From: Zygnema circumcarinatum SAG 698-1b | Lineage: Eukaryota; Plantae; Zygnematophyceae | Assembly (NCBI GenBank): GCA_037447605.1 | Contig: CM074804.1 | Location: 5,247,909-5,311,908, forward strand | DNA length: 64,000 nucleotides | Reading direction: 5' to 3' | Shown: one piece after another, positions 11,500 through 23,501 of the stretch | How the letters are laid out: each line of letters opens with the position of its first letter | How positions within the stretch are numbered: the stretch's first letter is position 1 | Notes under the pieces: generated by a model | Database searches by the model: none | Seen by the model: only the letters and a program-made list of their open reading frames with translations | What the model was told of the DNA's origin: nothing | Position numbers and translations under genes: made by a program

Positions 11500-13915
11500 G
11501 TGATGGGAGGTGGAGCTATTGAGCAGATCGACGATATGTCGGACAGTATTTCGGGTTGTTCTCTGCTTTCTGACCTGTCAGAAGCGAAGGATTTTCTTTC
11601 GTTATCTCCAGCCCCGCAAGACGATGAAGGCCACGATGAGACAGTAGAGGAGCTTTTGCTGAAACCAGACTATTCGCTTTATAACTTTTGGTCGACGGAC
11701 TGCATGCCTTCACCGCTTACCTGCGAGAATCTCCTAGAGTCAGGTTTGATGGCGGAGTTTCCTACAGGCTGTGTGATGTTACAGGACAGCTTACAAGGAG
11801 TCGGCACTTCCCTACCTATACTCCAGACAACAACCACAGTTTCTGAACACAAGGATGAAGAGCAGCATTCTCTTTTCGGATTGCAGTTATTTTCTGGAGA
11901 TTACATCAATTGCCAGTCGCCTTCGACGAGCGCTTGTTTGGACATGGTAGCAAATCAGATGTCAATATCGACAAACTTGCGCGACATTGACTTGATATCC
12001 TTCCCTTCAGTTTGCTCTCCTAGTCGTCTATCCTCATCAATAGCTCCCATGGCAGAACAGGATTCGCCCACTTCTTTGGGAAGTATTCAGACATACACTC
12101 AGCAATCCGTAACCCAGGTACAGAGTATGCAGCAGTCTCCAGAGCAAGACCAAAGCAATGTCACCAGCCTCCAAACGACAGGATCGTCTGTACAGGATTC
12201 TCATTGGCCCACTGTCCTTGGACCTCGGAATTCTTGCATTTCTGGCCTGGCGACTTCAAACGGCGCGGATGCAGGCGGGGAGGTCAGTTCTCCGCCGCGT
12301 CACATCAAACCAGCAAAGAAGAAAGGAAGGGGATCTATGCGGAATTCGAGAGGAGCGATTTTTCATGAAGATGCTTCTCTGTGCAAGCCTGCTGGATGCC
12401 CTCTCAGCAGCGGCTCAGCTGGGAAACGGAGGCATTCCGAGGCGGCTGTGAATATCTTTAGAAAATGGATTCATCAGCATAAGAACTGCATGCGCCCAAG
12501 TCGAGATGCGCAATCCAAATTGGCAACGAGCACAGGGTTGACTGAAAAGCAGGTATGTTGCAACAGGCAGAAGGGGTTTTTTTTTTTTGTGTAACAATTT
12601 GCTTTTAACTTCACGTTTTTATCCAGTTCTACAGGTAGTTGAGTCTCCCCTTAAATGCAGCCCTGCGAACAAGCTGAAAAAGACAAAGGTTTGAAATTCA
12701 GTTCTCCAATACACGCAGATTTGGCATATAAAAAAAATTTATTTAAAATTTGGGATGGAATTTCTCCCACTGCAATCCTAAGCTATAGTCCTCTCTCTTT
12801 CCGAGCTTTGTTTAACAGAGTAATTCATCCCATGGTTGCAGGTCTACAACTGGTTTTGCTATGTTCGATCTAGGGCTTCAAGAGTGTCAGACGACTCCTC
12901 TTCGGAATCAGATATGGAGGAAATGACGTCTCTGGAAAGTATGGAACAGGTAGATTCGAAGCAAGACGCAAGCGAGCAAGTACGTTTAGGATGCACCAAG
13001 CGTCGTCGAACAAAGGCTTTCATGTCAACCCAACAACCTCTCTCTCAAAAGGAGACGGCAGTCAAGGCTCCGATGAAAAGGTCTGGCGATGAGCCGGCGT
13101 CGGAAAAACAGGACGGAAGCTTTGTCATTTCAGAGGCGACAAGCACTGGTCGGTTGGATTATGTGGCAGGAATAAAAGGAGTAACTTCAGATTTTTCTCA
13201 GAGCTCCACGGTGCGAAAACGCACTGATATTTCTCGACAACTTCGCATCAAAGACAAGATTAACGATCGAGACGACAGCCAGTCTAAGAATACAAGGTTT
13301 TTACCAGAATCCGCTGTTGCGGTGCTTAAGAAGTGGCTACAAGACCAAGGAGCCAAAGTCATTCCTTCTAAAGACATGAAGGACAAATTGGCCGAACAGA
13401 CGGGGCTCACGAAAATGCAGGTAAGCTGCTCGGTTTCAGTCGTGCATGCGTTCGAGATCAGCTATGATGAGTGGCGGCGAAAGAATGAGAGCATCTCGAT
13501 AACACTAATCTGAAATAGTCAGCAGATTGAGTCTACCTTCTTACCCACTCATGTCAGAAATGGATACGAGGGCTTGCCTGCAGCTAGCGTGTAAGGCCAG
13601 TTCACGTATCTGTAAAGTTTTCAGAGACTCTTCTAAATGTTCCAAATATTATGTTTTTTCACGAAAGACGACCAAAGTTTTTTCCCGCTGGCCTTTCCTT
13701 GACACTTGGTCTTCTGACCTATTTTATCATTTGGCAATCCCGCCTTCTTGTTTGAAAGTATCGACTGTCAGGCACGTGCTTCCTCCCAGAAATGTCAAAT
13801 GACGGACCTTTGTATATGTTCTCTATTTGTGTAGGTTGCAAATTGGTTTTATGGTCAACATCGCCAGACACAGAGGACCTCCTCGAAGAACGGTTCAGCA
13901 TTCCATGTCACCTGA
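11500..13915 (+). CDS. Atypical double TALE-class homeodomain protein, 3 exons (11500-12552, 12842-13420, 13835-13915)
   Basis: HD1: KRRHSEAAVNIFRKWIHQHKNCMRPSRDAQSKLATSTGLTEKQ|VYNWFCYVRSR. HD2: RFLPESAVAVLKKWLQDQGAKVIPSKDMKDKLAEQTGLTKMQ|VANWFYGQHRQ. Both introns fall at the Q|V position of helix 3 known from KNOX/BELL genes. Confidence 0.8.
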
Positions 13916-14551
13916 AACATCGGTTGGAGCACGAGCTCACCGAATCATTGGCAGGGAATGGGGGCGCACATACAAGCTGAACTCAAGCTCTAGTAGAGCT
14001 ATCCCTGATTCATTTTGCGTGTAGCTCCTCCGCACGTTTGCAAGCAATGCTAGGAAACGTGTACACGGACTAGGGGCACAGCAGTTTCAGGTCATCTTGT
14101 TGCCTACCTTATCTGTTTGCTTATCTTATATTTTTGCTTGCTTACAAGAAAGGAACGTGTCTATTGATGTAGTAGGCATGGACTCTCCCTCCGGACCATA
14201 TTTTGATCTTTCTACCCTTGTGAAAGTCTCATCTAACCAACAGAGTTGCTTTATACCCACTGCGTTGCTGGTGTTACTGCGTTCTCTACCATCGTCTTAC
14301 CGTCACTAAAACGGAGGGCTACATGTGTTGTCGAGGCTTGCATCTCGAAGGATGGAAATTCGTATATAGTTCCCGTCATAAAAGTTGCGAATAGGCTTTA
14401 CTTGACATTGTGTATCATCAGCAAAAGAACTCCGCTCAAAAGATGGACCAGAGCTGAGTGTATTTATTGACCCAGGCTCCCAGCTAAACCAAAGCACAAC
14501 ATCAGTCAACAAGTGCAGATATGTACACCAACGCATGACATGACTAGTGAA

Positions 14552-17032
14552 TCATAACCGCATCAAGTTTAGTTTTGCTCTTTTGACAACTCGACAAGTC
14601 AGGGACACTCTGGTTGAATTTGAAGCGAGCGCACGCTTCACATCAGAACTACTGTCGGCTCTCCATCGTTCCATGGTGCGCGACTCGACTGGCGAATCCT
14701 CGTCCATTTCCATCGTGTTGATGGATGTTGCTTTCATGCTCTCTGTCGGCGTCTGCTATGTCCACAGTGGGAGGAGTCAATACCTTGGGAAGATAGGAAA
14801 TGTGTTGGCTAGGCTTGCTAACCACTCCCCCCGCCCCCCCGCCCCCCTCGTCCTCTTGCTGTCGCTCTCGCTCTCTCTCGGTCTCCCACTTCCTTCCCCT
14901 TCGCCTTTCCCCCTCCCACCTTTTCCTTTCCCCTTCTCCTTCTCCCTCACCTTCCCACCCGCCCCTCTCTGCTTCTTGCTTCCTCTCTCCCCTTCTCCTT
15001 CTCCTCTAAACCAGACATACAGCAAGCACATTTCTGCCTGGATATATTGATCATCAATGTATACGTCACAAGAGGTTCTGTTGAAGGGAACAAAACAAGG
15101 GGCATACCATGCTGTGAGGTTCTTGGGGCGTCAATGCCGTAGACCTGAAAAGTATGGAGTTCTCGATGCCGTGTAGGTAATCTGCAGGAACGCCAAGGAT
15201 CCAAAAGTTAAGACAAGCATCTGATGATTCCATTTCAGATAGATACTGCTTTATTATAGAAGCAGTCACTGCAAGACAAGTTTGCATGACAACACTCGTA
15301 CTTGAAAGAGACGAAACCTTTCCCACAGCGCACTGAGAAGAGGCCTTAACTGACCATTATAGGCGTGCTCACTGAAGACGAGGAGGCTTCTAGGCTCAAG
15401 ATGAACGAACTGATCTGCCCCAATGGTTTGCACATGATCGTTGATAGCATGAACTTTCAGCTCATCAAAGGCACCGAGGAGCAGGGTGGGCTCCTCCACT
15501 GTCCTGGGTGTCTCCGCACTTCTATCAGAAAGACAATGCATCTCAAAAGCAGCAACAGCAGAAGCTAGCGGTTGAGTATCCCTCCAGGCCCCGTAGTCTT
15601 GTCCTCGTTGATCCAGATCTTCTCTTTCCCCAGCTCCTTCTACATGTGAGGCTTTGCTGTCCCTGTCAGGTATGGCAGTGTGTACTGGTGGTGGACTAGT
15701 GGCGCTCATTCCCTGTACAACCTGAAGCCGGGAATGAGGAGAGAACTTCATAACAGCTGATGATCCCAAAGAAAGGATCGCCACCACTGGATAATATAGC
15801 GGACCATCTTGATGTGCCTGCATAGACCAAGTCAGCCTGCCAATACCAATCAAAAAAGGGTCGACCACTGTGTTTTTATCGATAACTTGTTTTACATTCA
15901 GTAAACGTTTTGTTACTCTCCTCTCGATTACATTTGAGGTGCAAGAGAAATGACTTCCCGAGTTGCCTGACGGAAATGTTTAGCTTGGATACGAACAAAT
16001 GCTCCAAATGAAACACCTGGACGCTACAAACTCTGCTATTTTGCAAACTTTAAATCAAAAAAAAAAAATCGTGTTCATAACAGTAAATTCTTATAACAAG
16101 GCTAGAAGAAAGTACCATAATGCCTTGGCCTGGTGAATACTCATTCACAAGAACATGGTTGATGGGTGATGGAAACAGCCCAACATCACGGTGCAGTCTC
16201 TCGGTCAGGCTTACAAGCCACCACGGCACTGCTGTCCACGGACCACCCTTAAATCCATGTTAAAGTAGATGAAGAAAGTTTAGAATGGCGAAGTCTTCAC
16301 CAATTAGACAGTCCCAACAAATATCTTCACTGGACAGGCCAGAATGCAGAGTTGGGGTTGTCGCATACAGCGCTCTGCAATCAAACCCTTCTCGTGGACG
16401 ACCCCACCTGCAACCGCACACCCGCAGTCTCAAAATCTTAACGCCATTCACTTGCACTGCAATATTTGGTCAAGCATTACGCTTCCCATTTATCCACTGG
16501 CTGTAACGGTGAATAAGGTATTGTTTGTACATCTTCTCAGACTTCAGGTTTTGATCAAGCTGTAATTTCTCGATTCCTGCTTACTCCGCTTTCGTTGCTC
16601 GGTTTTTGCGCTGATTTTGCACCCTTATTTTTGCCAGACTTTCAATGCAGGACCTAAAGTCTCTCCCCTGGAACGGCAACTCACCCCAATTCTGCAGTCT
16701 GCGGTTCGTCACGTTTTTCCATTTTGTTGCAGGTGCCTCGTACACCTGCCGACTCCACGCCGCAAACGAGATTCTCCAAATTCAATGCTAAAATTAACCA
16801 ATCCAGAAGTGGTTTGAGTCTTGACTTTCCTTACCACCATGTCGACGGAGATGCATGAATCTAACAGACTCAACCCCTTAACAAAAGAGAATGAGTATAC
16901 CTGGCGCAGCAGCTGCTCTTCCTCCCGCTCTGTGACGTAGTCCGGAACGTAAAATACGGACGGCACGTGGCCGACTCTGAAGCTCTGAAGGGAAGCCTGC
17001 GGCAGCCGAGCCGCCATGGCTGGATCCTCCAC
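14552..17032 (-). CDS. ALKBH6: AlkB homolog 6 (2OG-Fe(II) dioxygenase), multi-exon
   Basis: Exons read FRVGHVPSVFYVPDYVTEREEEQLLRQ|VYEAPATKWKNVTNRRLQNWG|GVVHEKGL...PWWL...FPSPINHVLVNEYSPGQGIM|AHQDGPLYYPVVAILSLGS...LEPRSLLVF...DYLHGI...TRVSLTCR. HxD...H and RxSxTxR motifs are intact. Confidence 0.9.
14830..15010. repeat. Pyrimidine-rich low-complexity tract in an ALKBH6 intron
   Basis: CT-rich simple sequence; source of spurious Pro/Ser and Gly/Glu/Lys ORFs. Confidence 0.7.
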
Positions 17033-17170
17033 AGTGACCTTCAGTCCCCCAGTGACCAGTCGGTCCCGACTCCCGAGTCCGCCGGTATAGTACAGTACAC
17101 TGATGACGTCACCATTGCCAACGTCCGTACTGTTTCGTACGCCACTCCCTCCAAGGTACGAGGTACAGTA

Positions 17171-18045
17171 CAGTAGGGGGTCCTCATATTTTCCACCCTG
17201 GTTCCGGGCAAAATGAGGCGAAAATATTAAATTTGCATATATAAGCTTCGTGTTACGAATAGACGGGCGGTATTATGTTAGAGTTCATGTTGAGCCGTAC
17301 GTATCGTACCGTACCATATCGTACCGTATCGTACTGTATCATTCATCATCGTATCGTATCGTGACATATCGTGACGCATATACTGTCGTACATATTGTCG
17401 TCATCCAACCATCGGGGAGTTTCGTATCGTATTGACCGTATCGTATCGTATCCTATCGTATCGAAGTCAAGAAGACGGGGAGAAGAGCGAGCGTGTAGCA
17501 CAAGATAAGTGGGGTTAAGAGGAGACTGCTGGTCTAGCTGAAGGTGCTGTACGGCAACTAGTGCATCTGTCCTGAAACTAATGAAGGGTTGGATTGGGGC
17601 TGTGGGTCTGCCTGCAGCATAGAGCCAAGAACCGGGGGATTCAGAGGTACGCGTAGTGGAAGACGTAGGGATCCTGAAGATGTTCCCGCCGGCAGCCGGA
17701 CTTGATGCGCAAAGAGCCCTCCCCTGGGGGTTCTCTTCTTCTGTTCTCTCTTCAGCTATTCTCTTTGCTAGGCTCCTAGTTATCATTGGTCATTGGGAGG
17801 AATGGAAGGCAGGCTGCAGCGTTCAAGGTTTAGATGGCGCGAAGGGAAGCGGGAATACAGCTTCGAAAAGGGGTGTGTCTGAAACTCACCCCAGCCAGCG
17901 ATTGGCTGGGGATTCTCATTACAATATAAGTGTCTTCTCACTGAAATGCTTGTCTGGCTGGGCTGAATGGGATTTCTAAATGCTATCAGCAAGAAGACTC
18001 TCTCTCTCTCTCTTCTGAGTGGAACTCTTCTCTCTCTAACTAGCA
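17171..18045 (+). mobile_element. Left arm of an inverted repeat pair, starting with a MITE-family TIR
   Basis: TA|CAGTAGGGGGTCCTCATATTTTCC, then a (TATCG)n array and a CCCCAGCCAGCG(A/G)TTGGCT block; reverse-complement similarity to 34316-34894. Confidence 0.75.
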
Positions 18046-18270
18046 GTCTGTATGGACTTGAGAAGGAAAGAGAAAAGAAACAAGACAACAAACCACACAG
18101 CAAATACAAATACTAAGCCCAACACTAAAAGACAAACTAGCATCACTGACATCCCATCTATCTATCTCTGACAGCAAATCCTGAGTCCTAGTAGTGACAG
18201 TCTCTGATTGGCTCACTGACCACTGAGTGGCCTGGCCTAATGTCCTGACCATGACTAATCAACTAATAAC

Positions 18271-19131
18271 TGTGGCGGCAAATTCCAGCGCTCAGCGTGT
18301 CCACTGCACCTCTCAATGAGTATCCTGTACCAGGTAAACGCCAACACATGATGTACCTTCTCGCATATGCGTTGGCACACCTGGATTCTGCCTGATGCCA
18401 TGATTCTGAAGGGCGTGTGTGAGTGCAGTAAATGACGCGGATCCGCCAAAGCGCACTCCACTGGCACTCAAGCGCCTCTTGGCGGCACGGGCGGGGAGGT
18501 GAGCTGCGTGACACAGTGTGAGTTGAAGTCACCCTTCAGCAGTGCGCAAATAACTGGTGACGAGGGGGGAGAGGAAACTGCGGAGGTGGTGCGTCCTGGC
18601 AGGGCGACCCGGCAATGCCGGTGCGTTGATTGTGATGGGCGGTCACTGGTTTCTAGCTTCCCCCGTAAACCTGCTCAGCATGGAGGATGGAAGCAGGGCT
18701 GTGCGTGGCCAGGCTTCCACGTGTCCCTCTTGTGAGCTCGAATGAGTCAGAGGTGTACACATGCGATGCGCGCATACGCGCAGCGCGCCGCGCGCGGCGC
18801 GCGCCGCCTGGTGGAGATGTGTAACCCAGGTCCTCGCGCGCGCGGGCTCCGGCCTGGCACTCGTACTACAGCGGTAATCCCGTAATGTCGGGCGCGGTTG
18901 CGGTCCAAAGCGTGAGGTCTGAGTCAGGATTCCGTGATCCCTCGACCACCATCGCGGCCGCGATACATGTGTGGTATAGCGCATCGAACCCCTGCACTCG
19001 TCGCAGTTCGATCAGCTGCGGTCCTGCGTGACCCCCCGCGCCCTTGGCCACCGGTGCCCCACGCCCGGAGTGAGTGTAGACGGAGCGCGCCTAAGTACAC
19101 CTGCGTGGGGTGGCTGTAGCGTTTCGCTACA
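18271..19131 (-). mobile_element. 3' LTR (~860 bp) of a minus-strand chromovirus-type gypsy element
   Basis: On the minus strand it begins TGTAGCGAAACGCTACA directly after the PPT and plausibly ends ...GCCGCCACA at 18271. The left boundary is inferred; no partner LTR is visible. Confidence 0.65.
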
Positions 19132-19141
19132 TCCCCCCTGT
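19132..19141 (-). promoter_or_regulatory. Polypurine tract of the gypsy element
   Basis: Minus strand ACAGGGGGGA immediately before the LTR TG. Confidence 0.75.
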
Positions 19142-19348
19142 GAGTCTGGCACACCCAGTTCACGCGTGTGAGTAGTAACAGCTCGTAGTTTCAGCGGCAC
19201 GTGGAAGCCTGTCGTGATAGCCGGGAGGGCTCAGCGTAATCCCGTCAGTTCCTTTCGGTTGGCGGGGCCACTCAGGAACCCCAGGGCCGCCTCGCCCACT
19301 CTGTTGCGGCCTGCGGCCTCCCAGTACAGTTGGTGAGCTCCTCGCAGT

Positions 19349-19835
19349 TCATTCAGTTGCCTCGGCTTCCCATGTGCTATGTGCAACCCCATAGCCCAAC
19401 CACTTCACGAGGTAGTCGTGACGGGAAGATCGACCCTTTCTCACAATACGGTGGGCTTGAATGGTTTCAACTTCGTACTCAAGTTCACCTTCAAGTTCCA
19501 CTGGTGGGGGAGGTGGCTGGATCCTCCCATCGCTACGGTAGACCTTTAGCAATCCCACGTGAAAGACCGGATGCACCTTCATGTGAGCTGGTAAATCCAA
19601 CCGGTAAGCGACCTCATTGATTCGCTTCACGACCTTAAAAGGTCCGATGAAACGGGGCCACAGCTTACGTGTTCCGCCATAAGCTTTGAGTCTCAAGTTC
19701 GCCGTACTTAGCAACACCTCATCGCCTTCGTTGAAGGTGAGTTGGGTACGGTGGCGGTCAGCATAGGCCTTTTGTCGCGACTGGGCCGCTAGCAGGGTCT
19801 GCCGTGCCCTCTGCAGCGCCTCAGACATTAGCCGG
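19349..19835 (-). mobile_element. Ty3/gypsy integrase C-terminus (GPF motif) plus chromodomain
   Basis: KLWPRFIGPFKVVKRINEVAYRLDLP...HPVFHVGLLK and YEVETIQAHR...YLVKWLGYGVAHSTWE. Cut by the N-gap at 19836. Confidence 0.92.
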
Positions 19836-19845
19836 NNNNNNNNNN

Positions 19846-22260
19846 TTTGTGCTTTGACCATGGTTAACCAAGCACTCCCCAAAATAACATCAGTACCAGG
19901 GGCCAGTTGTGTTAGAAGACACTTGACTGCCCCGGAGTAGGATTGGAGCTTGATCTTGAGTGTGACGCTACCAGAGATCTGGCCCTTGCGTCCATCCCCG
20001 AAAGTAACACTTTTTGAATGGGGATCTGTGGTCAATTGAAATCTCTGGGTGAATGCAGAGCTAACAAAGTTAGCATCTGCCCCAGTATCTAGCAGTATAA
20101 TTGCCGGGTGGCCATTGGCTGAACCGATGAAGGTCATGGCACGATGGGCAAGGTGGAACATAGATCGCACTATATGCGAAGGTTGAGGACGAGCTGTCCT
20201 CCACACCAAGGTGTAGGGGGATCCAACCAGCGAACTGGTGGATCCTTCCACCAACTTGTGCCCTTTCCTCAACTGTTTCACCAACCGCCAGTTGGCGTTG
20301 GGAAAAGTGCGAACTGCCAAGTGCTGAGGAATCAGCACATGCAGCCCAAGGATATGGGATGTGTCCCGCATGACATGCATGGCATTCGTGGCACAATTCA
20401 CCAAGACATCATTACCCATGACATTGAGGATAAACACATTCCATTGACCATGCATCACCACATCCATAAGTCCAGAAGGAGTCACTACAGTGGCAGGGGA
20501 AAGCGAAATGGAAGAAGGAAGTACATCCAGCACAAAGGGATCTTACTCTCCCGAGAGTCTGCCAATCAATTTAGGAATGCCCAAGGTTCCAAGAAACAAT
20601 AGTCTCCTATCCTTGATGGCGGTCCCCAGTCTGCCTTGCCCCACTCACCTGACATGTCCACCGGCGGGATCCCCTCAGGCTCATCGTGAGTTGGCCTCCC
20701 GGCCCTTTGCCCTTCTTGTCCTTGGTGTTGAGAGGTCCGGGCTTTATGCCCTTCCTTCCAGCAGCGAAACACTTCTCTCAACCATGTCTCCATTGCTAAA
20801 GTGGGTTCTGCAGGGCTTCAGGTGGGTGGGCGCGCAGCACTTGCACTCTCCATTGTTCTGCCTGCCAAGTTGGCAGGGCTGAGGTCCCGCCCTTCCACAA
20901 GCCCTGTAGCGTCGCCCAACCTCTGCTGGGGTGGAAAGGCCTGCATCGGCCTCAGGGCCCGCTGATCGCTCATCGAGAGCTGCAGCTTCTCAGAGTCAGC
21001 GGGTCCCCGCGGTTGGTCAGGTGAGGTCACGTAGATTAGTTGGGTGCTTCTCAGGGTGTGGCTTCAAGCCATCCTGAAGTGAAGAAGAACTGTAAGTTGT
21101 CCAGGCTTGTGAGTGGTAATAGACACCACTTGTGGCAGGTGTGGCGGGACTGCTTGACGCTCAGGTTGGATCGTGTTCTAAAACTTATCCCGGGCCTGAA
21201 GCCGAATGCAAGGCTCCAAAGTGTTTGATGAGTTCAGTCTATGAATTTATCCGATGATGCCAATCTGGTAGAGAGGCCCTCATACACATGGTATGCGGCT
21301 CCTGTGAGTGGTGGGTAGCGAGCTTCTCCCAAGAGCTGGCAGGGGGGCCATGGCAAAGAAGTAGTCCCTCGTTAGTCCAACAGCTTTCTGGCGGGCGAGG
21401 GCCTTTCAGCATGGATGCTCCACCAAAAGGAAAGAGGGGCCACCTTGGCCCGATTCCGTCGGGCATCCTCAGTAGGTTGCGGGGGAGCAGTCCGAGGACT
21501 GGGATCTCCTCCGCCCCCAGCAGCTGCCCCCGACGGGGGTCCCCCACTGCTGGGTGGTTCGCCACCCCCGTGGGGGTGACTCCCCCCCGTGGCAAAGCCA
21601 AGGGGTCCGGACTTCTCCAAGCCCTCCCGGCACCGTTGGCATCGGCGGGCGACGCTCCGGTGGCTGCCTGCACCCCTTCAGGAGCCTGGTGCATCCGCTG
21701 CCTCTGCGGCCTCGGGGGGTCAGGGCATGCCCTCCTCGATCCTGAGAGCCTCTCGAGAGGCTCCGGAGCTCCATTGAGGCGTGTCCACCGCGGCGCGACC
21801 GTGAGCTGCCGTCTCGTCTCCTTCCTTGAGCAGCTCAACGTATTCACGTTCTGCTCCCTCACGCTCTTCCCCAGATCCTCACTCCTGTTCCTCATCTTCT
21901 GGGCCGCGCCCACGGTGATGTGGGCCCCGATCATGGGGTAGGGCCCAGTTGAGGCTTCTACCGGAGCCACGGGCTCCGGTTGGGTGGGGAGAGGGGCGGT
22001 GTTCTCCGGGTGACCTTGATCACCCGTGGGCTCGGGACTCGGCCCCTCCATAGGGACGGGCGTAGTCTCCGAGTTCTCTTCCATCTCCTCGTCCCGGGGG
22101 ACGGGAGGTGGAGGTGGCGGCCCCAAGGGCCCCGGGTCCCCTCCGGCCCGGCGAGTGGTCACCATGACCCACTAGGTTCTCCCAAAAGAAGAAGGCCGCA
22201 ACGCGGCTCTGATACCAAATGTCACGGCTGAAATCTACCTTCTTCAGCCTGCGCGGAATT
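19846..22260 (-). mobile_element. Gypsy element A: 5' LTR end, PBS, frameshifted gag with CCHC remnant, extra domain and aspartic protease
   Basis: LTR end ...CCGTGACA (22220-22260); PBS TGGTATCAGAGC (22206-22217, initiator tRNA-Met); gag from 22165; FRCWKEGH knuckle remnant near 20760; protease ILLDTGADANFVS. Confidence 0.88.
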
Positions 22261-22270
22261 NNNNNNNNNN

Positions 22271-23501
22271 GTACGTTCTGCAAGCCCATTCTGCCAGGGG
22301 GAGTAGGGGCTAGAGGTGCGGTGAATGATGCGGAAGTCCTGCATGAGCTTGGCAAACGCCCCCTTGTATTCGGTGCCATTGTCAGAGTGGACAGAGTAGG
22401 GGAGAGAGTGACGGTGAATGATGGCCGTCAGGAGGCGTGCAGAGTGGACTGAATGCTTGGATTCTGTCGCGTGAACTTCCACCCACTTGGTGTATCTGTC
22501 CACGGCTAAGAAGACCCGAATGTAGCCAGAGGGGGTGCCGAGCAGGGGGATAGAAAAGGTGTCGATGTTCCAATCTTCGGCGACGCCGCGCATGTCGCGA
22601 GATCCCACCCATCTCTGCAGGGTTGGCGGTGGGGGGAGGAGGGGCGCTGCGCGGTTGGCAGCGGTGCAGGTGCTGGATGTAGCAGCTCACCGCGCATGGA
22701 GGCCGGGCCGTGATAACAGCTCCCTGCGGCGGGCCACCATCTTCTTCTCGCCGGGGGTGGAAGCCGCGCTGGGAATGATGACGACATCCAGAATCTCCAT
22801 GCGCTCGTTGGGGAATGGAATAGGAAGGCCGGAGGGGAGGTAGAGAATCTGTCCTTCATCATCGACAGAGAAGTTCCGCGCGCGGCGGAGCAGCCGAGCC
22901 CTCTCGGTATCCGTGATGAAAGGGGGCAATGTGCGGGTCATGACGTAGCGCAGAAGGGAGGAGTCAGAATGGACGTCATTGGCGCTGGGGAAATGGGGAG
23001 GAAGAGATGGAGCTTCGCCATCGTCATCCATGAGGAGTTCCCACAGATCTGCATGGGGGTGGCCGTGGGTGAAGTCAGGGTCCTGCCAGCGATGGAGGGT
23101 GGTGGCCGTGGCCGGAATATCGATCAGCCCATCCGCGAATATGACATCATGTAGGTCTTGATCGGCAATAAAAATCTTAATGGGAAGATGCTCAGGGTTC
23201 AAGAGGGTGGGTGGAGGGATGGGTTCAGGAACGGCCGGATCGTGACAGAGGAGGGGAGCCGAGGGATTTCGACTGAGGCCGTCTGCATTGCCGTGGCTCC
23301 GGCCGGGACGGTGAGTGACCTTGAGTACATTATACTCCTCCAACTTCATCACCCATCGTGCAAACTTAGGGCGTAGGGTAGCCATAATGTGTAGCCAAGT
23401 GCGGGGCATGTGGTCAGTCCTGATGATAATGGGCTGGTAGGCCGTAAAGAGCTTGAACTTCTCCAGTGCCTAGAGAATAGCCGATGCCTCACCCTCAGTA
23501 G
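22271..23501 (-). pseudogene. Gypsy element B: RNase H and integrase core, disrupted
   Basis: RTDH...FARWVMKLEEY...HRPGRSHGNADGLSR; integrase core VDRYTKWV...VHSDNGTEY...SPYSPWQNGLAER; stops and frameshifts present. Confidence 0.88.

Noticed and set aside
14097-15699. Plus-strand ORFs as further exons of the homeodomain gene
   Set aside because: They overlap ALKBH6 exons in antisense, and the homeodomain frame already stops at 13915.
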